NCBI RefSeq assembly: GCF_964355755.1
Contig: NC_092672.1
Span: forward strand, 9,362,001-9,426,000
Reading direction: 5' to 3'
Origin: Antedon mediterranea
Lineage: Eukaryota; Animalia; Echinodermata
DNA length: 64,000 nt
Part shown: one piece after another, positions 54,301 to 64,000 of the stretch
Position numbering within the stretch: position 1 is the stretch's first letter
Layout of the letters: every line of letters begins with the position of its first letter
Program-made: the position numbers and the translations under genes
Notes under the pieces: generated by a model
Database searches by the model: none
What the model saw: the letters and a program-made list of their open reading frames with translations, nothing else
What the model was told of the DNA's origin: nothing

Positions 54301-57300
54301 TGGAGGTTGGTGGTGTGAGGTGTATAGTTGTCACTTTAAGACCTAAATTAGATGTTTTTTGAAGAAAAGAAGTAAGCGCATACGCTTTCAAACAACTCCA
54401 AGAAGATTCACACAAAAATAATTACTTTCCAATAAAGTAGTATAACAGTGTATATTACAGTACATTGAATAAACTCGAGCGGAATAATAACGCACATAAA
54501 AAAACATTCATTTTCTTTTCGAAAAGTGCCCTCTCTAGTTTTCTATTAATTTATTAATAATTATTATTAATTAATGAGTAATATGAACATATTTTTAACA
54601 TTCAATGCTTGAAGCTGGTTCTACTCCTAACAAAGTTTCATATCTCCAAATTTCATTAACGTATTCAAAGCACTTCAATATTAAATATCACATTTAACAT
54701 AAAAATTCGGGTTTTGGATAGAATTTTGCTTAAAAACATATACAAAAAACATCGATAAAAAATACTTTTCGTATTCAAAAACATTTGATACTTGGTATAA
54801 ATGTTCACTATAGGTTGCTCTATTCACAGAAGAAAATTGCATTCATGAACGTTTTTTGTTGGTTGTTTTTTTTCAAAATAGTTATTAGCTTGAAAAAAAT
54901 GAGTTGGAATTGTATGGTCTTTCATAAGTGTACATTTTGTAAAAACGTAAATTTAAAAAATCAGTGATATGGCTTGATAGTTATTTTTTGCTTGCAATAT
55001 GGATGGAGCAACCTATATTGAACATTTATACCAAGTATCAAATGTTTTTGAATGCGAAAAGTATTTTTTATCGATGTTTTTTGTATATGTTTTTAAGCAA
55101 AATTATATCCAAACCTGAATTTGTAATGTTAAATGTAATTGATTTAAGTGCTTTGAATACGTTGATGAAATTTGGAGATATGAAACTTTGTTAGGAGTAG
55201 ATACAGTTTCCAGCATTTAATGTTAAAAATATGTTTATATTACTCATTAATTGATAATAATTATTAATAAATTAATAGAAAACTAGAGAGGGCACTTTTC
55301 GACAAGAAAATGAATGTTTTTTATGTGCGTTATTATTCCGCTCGAGTTTATTCAATGTACTGTAATATACACTGTTATACTATTTTATTGGAAAGTAATT
55401 ATTTTTGTGTGAATCTTCTTGGAGTTGTTTGAAAGCGTATCCGCTTACTTCTTTTCTTCAGAAAACATCTAATTTAGGTCTTAAAGTGACAACTATACAC
55501 CTCACACCACCAACCTCCAACACACTAGTTTCTGCCCACACACACTTCATCTCCTGAACTAACATAGTACAGTATAAGTCAAATAAATTTTTACATTTTT
55601 TTTATTGCTGCCTTAAAAAATATTATATAATAGTAAGAATATTAGAAAGGTAGATAGGTATTGTAATAATTTTTAAATTTAAAAATGTTTAAAAAAATAT
55701 GAATATATGTTTATACATACATTATAAATGAAATATATTAACTACTATTTTAGTAATGCATACATAAGTACAGAATATCAGAAATCAATGAATCGTGTGT
55801 CTAAATGTGGCATTATTAGGCTAATTTGCTTTGAGAAAAACATTGATGCCATTGGCCTATACAAAAATCAAGGCAATTAGACAAAATATTTACATAAACA
55901 ATTAATACTAATATTGGTAGGCATAAAATAATAGTGTATATAAACTTTCCTTAAATAATAACAGTATAGGGCCTTACCAATTTATTTAATACATAATATA
56001 TGAACTATATTACACAAAAAAAGTATAAATGAATTTATAAGGACATGATGATTATCAAAAATAGTCAATACAATTAAATTTTAAACTCATTACCGGCATT
56101 ATAAATAATATTTTAAAAAGATAAGAATGCAAGTAAATATCAGATTCATAGTCCTCATTATACACAATGATTTTCTACTATCACATATTAAAATATAAAA
56201 CAATCATGTAGCCTTTAATGAGTTTACATGGAGGTCTATTCAAATAAATTTAAATAAAAGGGTCATAATATGTCTTCGTCTCCAGTTCGTGGAAATTGAA
56301 GTTAGGATTCCATCATTTCAACAACAAAAAACATTCAAAATATCCTGTCAGTTTGCGTTCAAGACCTGCAACCTGCTTAGTTTTTAATACGAGTACTGCT
56401 TTCTATACACATAACTTTGATTTCTGCAAAAAAAAAAATACTCTGTAATAATGTACTTTAATTACTGTAATAATCTAGGTATAGATTATGTTGACCGGGC
56501 CAGTGAGAGGGCGATCGACTGTACTACCATAAGTCCTCTAGTGTATACAACTTATTTCTTGTCTACAAAGTGTATAGTAGTATGCTAATAGTACTATTAT
56601 TAGATTAGGTAGTTGGGAGTAGTTTGGAGAGATACATTTATTTATAAAAGAGTACTGTATAATATGGAACTATCTGTGTTAGCCGCCTTTGTATTTTTAG
56701 ATATAATACCAATAGGTACTATGTATTGGGAAACAATTCAACAGTTATGAATAAAAAAAGTCCTATGTACTCTGTATGTTGGAGGAAATAAGCATAAGAG
56801 CAAAGAAAGCCTTGACCACAGGGTGTAAGTCACTATTTTGAATCAGTAGTATGACTTCTTAAGAAGTAATTTAAAAATTATCATTGTATGATCAAAAAGA
56901 AATATTATAATATCTAACTTTCTCCATTATATAAATATATTATTTTATCCAAGGGGTTGCAAACACAAGTGTTCACATGTCTTGTTAAGTATTGCACCTT
57001 TGTCCTGTCTTTATGTTGTCTGTAATGTCACTGCACTAACGGGTGACCGGTAAACGAGCTTCGCTCTTACGGTTATCCATCCATACAAGTTGTTCATCTC
57101 TTATGTTCAGAAATTGAAATGGTAAATAAACTGAAACTGAAACTGTGTTTATGTGGTACAGGTTGACGAGCCAGGAATGATGGTAGTGCCAGTATACCGT
57201 GTAGTTTAGCCTCAAGGCAGTACCATGTAGCTGGAGTAGCTTGGACAAATACAGTAGAGATTTATGAGACTTGGTGTGTAATGATTCAGTATGATAAATT

Positions 57301-58542
57301 TGTGCTGTGAAAGACAAAATTGTAGAATTAGGAAGAAAATATTGTAAAATATAACAAGGAAATTATACTATAGTATAATTAAGGGGTAACCGTATAATAT
57401 ATAATTAATAGTAATAAAGGCAATGGCAATTACTTATATTATGTATACATTACAATATTACAAATAAATTCATATAATTATTATTTTATTATAAGGAAAT
57501 CTGTTTTAGAATGAGAAAAAGCCGTCCCAACCCAGATTTGAACCCAGCTATCAATAAAGCTATAAAACAAAATAGACCATATTGTAGCCGGACTGGGTAG
57601 CGTAGACTTACTTGAGGCCTAGGCATAGTACGATTAGCTAGAAGGATACAGGTCAACCCGTACCCATGCCATGCCAACACGCTCGTACCCAAATTTTGGT
57701 TTACATATATCCAAAATTTTGGCTTACTCGTACCCATCATGGGCTGCCTAGTAGTAGTAGTAGTAGTAGCCTAGCCTAAGGCAGCAGGCCCGGCCCTAGC
57801 CTACTACAACTTAAGTCTAGGCCTATGCCTAGTACTAGTAGGCCTCTAGGAGGCCTAGCCTAGCTAGGCCCTACCTAGTAGTTAACATCATACATACGCC
57901 CTAGAGCCTAGTAGTACTGTAGCTACCTACTCTACTCACTAGCTAGGCCTAGGTAGTAGCAGTAGTAGTTATTGTAGTAGTATTATTGTATTGTAGTATT
58001 AGTTGTAGCTGTCCGGTGATCCTTGGTCACTTGTCTAGATCCCCTAGTAGGCCTAGGCTAGGCCTAGTACGTAGTTATTCTTCAACAGTCACACAATTCA
58101 GATTCTGCCGGCCGCTGATTGCTAGTGAACAGGGGGAGGGAGAGAAAGAGTTAGAAGAACTGAAATAAGCCGTGACGTATAATAAACATCATACAAAATA
58201 ATAAAATAACTAACGAATCCGTATAATATAATAATGTTGTATGTTATAAAGTAAAGTAAATGCGTTTGATATAATACAATTATATTATAATATAATGTAT
58301 TTTATTTATAATATAATATTAAATGTTCATAATATAATGCTAAAACCAAATAATATAATACAAAAAGTCAATAATTTGTTACATTTTTCACATAATATAT
58401 TAGAAATAGATATAATATAATGCTAAAACCAAGTAATATAATGCAAAACGTATAATTCATTACAATACAATATATAATATAATAAAAAAATGATATAATA
58501 ATATAATATTTTGAATACTTCAGACAGCTGAGGCTTGCCATA
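51316..58542. mobile_element. Giant palindromic non-autonomous DNA transposon, copy 2 (IS3EU-like ends)
   Basis: ATATCA|TATGGCAAGCC...GGCTTGCCATA|ATATCA is a perfect 6-bp TSD. Arms are 51316-~54820 and ~55006-58542, with a spacer of only ~185 bp. Confidence 0.93.
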
Positions 58543-60460
58543 ATATCATACAACCAAGTATAATATTATATTGAAGTGTTAACAGCCTAGAGGTCAATAA
58601 AGAACATGCTTTTTAAAAGGTTAAATATTTTATTTGTACATTACTTATTTATCTCGTCGTTAATTAAAAAAGATTCAAATATGTAAGCCTAACTGTATAT
58701 GTTTCTACCAATGCTAATATATAATTCCCGTGAATTTGAATTTAATAGCTTCCGAAATATTACTCATTGTATTCTTCGTGCGTATAAAAAACAAGAAATA
58801 ATTGTATTAATTGATATTGAATCTAATTTCTCTATGTAAAAAAAAGAAATTATTATTAATTGTGTATGTCAATATGTTGTTATACCTCGGATCGCTGGCA
58901 TTTGGAAATAAACGGCGCAGATCTAGGCAAGAAGAAGCTAACAAACAAATATTTAAAAATACTACAGTACATGCCTAATGTAAAGCCGTCACTGCCACAA
59001 CGACCTTTTAAATACAGGCGATCAACGAACATTCACACAATATGAAAGGTTTCAGCAGTTTGTATTCGGTTTGGCTTATAGTGCCGAATAAAACAACTAA
59101 AGTGTCTGGTATAAAAGCTAGCTTTCTGCAGCAGACCTTTCCATTTTATCATCACTCACAAGTTCGTTCAAACCCCATCATAAATCACAAATTAAGTCGA
59201 CGTTACCTTGACAGTAGGCGGGGTGCATTTTTGTCGAGGAATACCCCGGCAAGGATGTAGTATAAGTGCTTTAATAGGTGAAGGAGTACAGGGACAGCGT
59301 GTGTCTTTACTTTCCAATGTAATTAGGAAATGAAGGCTCATACGCTACCTCAGTACTAAGTACCTAACTGCTTTTGCTATTCCATATGGAAAGTTTGATT
59401 TCATATCTACACAAACAATATTGCAAGTTTGATCTCTAGATACCGATAACCAGCATGAGCCCGGATGTCTGCAAAAGAATGTTAAACATTCGACATACAA
59501 CCAACCAGATACATTGTACCATTTCGATATTTAAGTTCAATAAAAGATTGCATTCCAAACACATAGGGGCCTACAAATTTGTTTTAGAATTTCCCTACCT
59601 CCGATTTAATTATGTCGTCTGAAAGCGAGATCGTCACGCACACGAAAAACCGACGATGGTGGATGTAGCAGGCAATGTTTCAATATGTCTGAATGTCAAT
59701 AACGGACAACCACCTGTCAATTAAATCACAAGTTCATTTGAATGTCACGTGCACTTAGGGATTTAATTATAAGCTACATTACAGATAACACAAATCACAT
59801 TGAACGAGACATTCAAACTGGAGTTAATCTTGGTTTTCTAAGATAAAAACGGTCTTTAGTAAGCCTACAGTGCAGTAATAGATTCTTTGATTTTTCTTTC
59901 TTTTAAATGAATCTTGAAGTGACCTGAAGTGACACTAGTTGACAACCCCCTCCCCCACAACAACACCTACACAAACCAATCAAAACTATTAATATGAATT
60001 ACTGATACTGATTTTATTATTCCGATAATTGATCGATTGATTGTTTGCTGGCTGATTGATATGTTTGAGTGTAGTATTTAACCAATACATTTTTACACAA
60101 AATATTGCTATTAATTAGGCCTATCCCGGATTGTTATTCAGATTGTTGTGTTAAAAAATGTAAATATAAAAAAAAGAACCTTGGTTGATTGTTTGCTGGT
60201 GGATTGATATTTCTGAGTGTATGAATATGAAGATTTCCTGCAATTGAATAGATCGGGCTTACTCATCAACAAAACAAAATCACTTTCACTTCAAAACTAT
60301 ATTATGGCAATGGTAATACTAATGTATTAGGAATATGGTTAATTGTTAGGTTTACAATTTGGCGGTTATTGGTTCGAGTCAATTCCTGATAAATTATAAA
60401 TACGTACAGGTAATTAAGGGCATTATACTTTCTATTTATATTTAGGCCTACGTGACATAA

Positions 60461-60619
60461 AGCCGATTTTCCACTAGGCGAATTTGTTCGCGCGAATCGA
60501 ACGCGCCAGCTTTTACGCATGTGTATTCATGTTTACGTCTTCCAAATCCTTCTCTACGCATGCGTATTAGCTGACGCCTTCGATTCGCGCGAACAAATTC
60601 GCCTAGTGGAAAATCGGCT
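60461..60619. mobile_element. Hairpin MITE with ~40-bp perfect TIRs
   Basis: TAA|AGCCGATTTTCCACTAGGCGAATTTGTTCGCGCGAATCGAA...TTCGATTCGCGCGAACAAATTCGCCTAGTGGAAAATCGGCT|TTA. Confidence 0.85.
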
Positions 60620-61559
60620 TTAGAGGACAATAAATATGTATTTTCAAATCAATTATTGTCCTAATAAAGCTACCTAGGAATTTAGCTAACTAGCTAACTA
60701 TATGTTTTTACATGGGAGTTTTATTAGACTCATTAATCTTTAGAATGTTTTTTGTACGAAAAATCAACAGCGAAAATATGGAATTACCGTAAAGTTATGC
60801 TGACAATTTCCATTTTCACTTAATTAATACTGAAAAAAAAATCGGCCAAAGAATTAGAAATTTCTCAGAGCGTTAAATTCTCCGAGGCAGTTCTACATAA
60901 AGGTCGACATTCTAAAAATATATATAAAAATGTATATTTTGTAAAAACTGCCTACAGTTGAACAACAGAACGACCTTTAGAAGCGGACTTCCGCTCAAGA
61001 AATTCTATTTCTTAAGATCCTTTTTGTATTTTGACTTTGCTTGATCTATTTTTTAAAAACTGAAATATATGAACTGAGTAATAAATATTATTGCATTGTT
61101 GGCTTAATGGGTGTATGTGTGTAATATAGTACTGTATATTTTTTAATGAAATGTTTATTTTCCTTCAGTAAAATATTATTTATAAACAATTCCAACCCCA
61201 AAACATTTATTTTATTTCAACAATATTTAACGAGGGTGGTCCATCCAGCCGAAGCTGATCATTAGGAACCCTTACAAAAATACAACATGTAACAATAACA
61301 ATTAAAATCAATATAATTTTTAAAGATAAATAAATTTAAATAAAGCACAACAAAAATTATATTCAAAAATAAAATGAATAAAATGAAATGACTTTATGAC
61401 TTAAAGATTCAAATATTTAATTCTTATTGCAGTATAATTGGCACGAATCGACGCTAATGCATTACCCATGTTCCTGCAAACATTCCAAGAATCATGGACT
61501 AATTATTACTCCATGCAAGAATACACCAGACCTTTTTTTGTGTCGATAGAAGTCAAATA

Positions 61560-61655
61560 ACTATACAGCTCAATATGCCGGTCAGTTGGTCGGTCGGTCG
61601 GTAAACAGTAACTCAAATTTGATCACGCGACTGCAGCCATGTATACGGCCTTGTT
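61560..61655 (+). mobile_element. DINE-1/HINE-like element (5'-truncated)
   Basis: (GGTC)n microsatellite, CACGCGACT sub-TIR, 3' hairpin GCCATGTATACGGC followed by CTTGTT. Confidence 0.6.
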
Positions 61656-62135
61656 GGAAATTGGAAACGCGTCCCCATAAATATCAACGTCGTAAGTAAA
61701 CGCGACGAAGCCTGACTAACCATGAAAAACGTCGTCTGTATTTTTTAATCAGTAAATCTATATTTATCTTTAATTGCATATCATTCACAATATCACGTGA
61801 TTCGATGGGTTGGGTTGGTTTAATACATCAACACAAATGAAAGGGGACATTCATACAGATCATGTCAAAAATAATCAGACAAATTACACCCAGTTACGAA
61901 TTAAATTCACTTGGGGTGTGCATATAACATCGAAAAATTGTGAATAAATTATTTGTGAACAGAACATGAGTGGAAATTTTTATTTTTGGAACAGAAGCTT
62001 CCGTTCACACACTGAGCGACAATTATGGTTTTATACTCAAGTCTCTCATACAATTAAAATAGTCTAAATGACCATTAAACTAATATAAAAGTATTACTAT
62101 TTTATGTAACTCAAAGAAATATCAACCTTTATCTA

Positions 62136-62225
62136 GGCCTACATTCACACGGAACGGGAGACGGCGCCGTTCAATTTTGTATTTGTATTTAATACGACGA
62201 AGTCATCCGTGTGAATGTAGCTTTA
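62136..62225. mobile_element. Very short MITE-like hairpin
   Basis: CTACATTCACACGGA...TCCGTGTGAATGTAG inverted ends, right flank CTTTA. Confidence 0.55.
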
Positions 62226-62354
62226 CATATTAATGAATTATTTGTCTTCAGTTTAATTTGAAACTCAGGATTAGGTTCCACCGTAATCATAATATATGGT
62301 AGGCCTATTTGTAAGTATTATCTACAGCAGGGAGAAATTTATCCCCTTTTTCGA

Positions 62355-62640
62355 CATTGCAGTGCCAGCCTCATGTTTACGGAATGTAGAATTCTCTCTT
62401 TTGATGAATTGTTAAGAATATCAATATATGGCCTGATGTGTAGACTTAATGCAAGCAAAAATATTTTAATCTCAACGATTATAAGCAACGTCTTAGTTAA
62501 GTCGAAGATGCTCTCCAGATGGAATGCCATCCTGAGATGAGTAGTAGTAATTTTGTTTATTTTATTTATTTAATTTATATGTAATTTACTTTCTATGGAC
62601 CAGAGTTTCCGAAATAAAAGATTGAATGAAATGAATGAAT
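62355..62640 (+). mobile_element. 3' end of the same LINE family as 25452-26310
   Basis: TGCAGTGCCAGCCT...GTTAAGTCGAAGATGCTCTCCAG...TATGGACC...CCGAAATAAAAGATTGAATG matches the reverse complement of about 25452-25730. Confidence 0.85.
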
Positions 62641-64000
62641 ATTGTACCAACATCTTTATCGCGCAGTGTGTTGGATTTACACAGGACCAAGGGCGTACGT
62701 CCAAAAAGATTAAACGCCAGGTGCGGGCAAAACATTTCTATTGATCATACATTCCAATAATTATCGATCTATAGTTTCCCCTATGTTTCATAATTTTTGG
62801 GATTTTATTTGTGTTACACGAGCTTGTTGAAAATAAGCACTTTCTTATCAGTGGGGGGATAGTTAATTACACAGTAAAATCTCTATTCTTTTGTACACAA
62901 ATGTTGTAAATAGAGAGGCATTTTAAAAAGCTATGAAAAATAAACAGTGTGGTAAAAAATGTTATCAGATGACTAAATATAGGTAATATAACTTGAATAT
63001 TACATTTCTGGTATTTTTATTCAACTTCAGATTTTTATTTTCATGCTATAGCACAAATTATCCACTGTATATCCACCATCTTTGTTCACCTTCTAGGGAG
63101 TCACCAGACATTTTATTACATTAGGTTAACTACCTAACTACTGAAAAAAAGTCTTCCTGGTTTTTATGGAAGAATTTTGCCAAATTTTGTATTTGACCAT
63201 ATTAAGGGAAATTCATGTTTTTTCGTCTTGATTTCTGTTACAAATATTTGATTTATGTACAATTAACCAAATATTATATTTAAAATTCATGCCTGTACCT
63301 GAGCTTTAATGTATCTTGGAAATAAGCAATATGGCACAGATAGATATCGATCAAAGCTACATTTCATAGATATTACAGTAATTAATAATAATCGCACTGA
63401 CTATTGTCGAATATCATATAAATCATTTATTTATTCACTGTATACTATACAACTTAATAATTATCATTATTTATTTTCAAGAACAAAAAAAACACCTATT
63501 TTGAAGCACCTTTTTTATTCGTTTCTAGAATACAGATTTTGTTTTAAATCACTATTTGAAAAAAATTGGTAAAAGAGTGAAAAAATACCGGTTCAGACCG
63601 GTGAATAAGCGTCTTAGAAAATTCAAAATAAACAAATTATACAATCTTCAGATTCAATATTTTGTTATTTTTTAAAAACTGGAATATAAAGCTGCTTGTC
63701 AAAAATCTGAATAACAAGTGTTTTATAAAATATAATACTATAAATAAATTGCTAATTTGTTGTGTCGGTCATCATAGCATGTTATTTAATATCTAAACTA
63801 TTTACAAAAATATATTAAAATTATATAACTACATTATTTAATTACCAACCTTTCTTGATAAAAATCACTATATAAAAATATTGTATACATTATAACAAAA
63901 AGATACAATGTAACTATTTTTAGACTTCACAATTCAATATTTTTTTCCTTTAATATAATTGATTTTATGTCTCAAACTCTATGGGAAATCAAAGTATGAT

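Noticed and set aside
43186-58542. Palindromes as fold-back read or assembly artefacts
   Set aside because: The arms differ by SNPs and indels, only one arm has the nested insertion, the centres differ, and target duplications flank the ends. Read-level confirmation is still advisable.
43186-58542. Polinton/Maverick assignment (also 6-bp TSD and long TIRs)
   Set aside because: The ends are TATGG, not AG-repeat termini. The (AGT)n tract is internal, and there are no polB, integrase or capsid remnants.
51309-58550. 8- or 9-bp TSD (AATATCAT/A) implying hAT or MULE
   Set aside because: It fits copy 2 only. Copy 1 and the nested element fit 6 bp with shared TATGG ends. It is not fully excluded without more copies.
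43169-58553. Short ORFs repeated four times (MMGTSKP..., MASLSCLKY..., MSFTAQIY..., MVLYLKIQ...)
   Set aside because: They recur only because the arms are repeated. They have no recognisable domain and indels break some copies.
58860-59260. Two adjacent short ORFs
   Set aside because: There are no recognisable motifs or convincing splice context.

Overview
AT-rich eukaryotic (animal) genomic DNA. It is probably from an invertebrate deuterostome such as an echinoderm; this is an inference from a Deu-domain SINE and abundant TAGGCCTA motifs. The left half holds three intron-containing genes reconstructed by hand from GT-AG junctions and reading phase: an AFAP1-family PH-domain adaptor (minus strand, running off the window start), a DHRS11-like short-chain dehydrogenase (minus strand, complete, 7 exons), and an uncharacterised multipass membrane protein (plus strand, 9 exons, about 446 aa). 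It also has one tRNA-Arg(TCG) gene and many small repeats. The main feature is 43186-58542: two adjacent, oppositely oriented, non-coding palindromic transposons of about 7.2-7.7 kb, made almost entirely of 3.1-3.5 kb inverted arms. They have TATGG...CCATA ends and 6-bp target duplications, the signature of the IS3EU superfamily. A second, 1.1 kb foldback element with related ends is nested in one arm. The arms show within-copy homogenisation, and one copy has lost its centre through a microhomology-flanked deletion. All coordinates were read by eye and no database search was possible.
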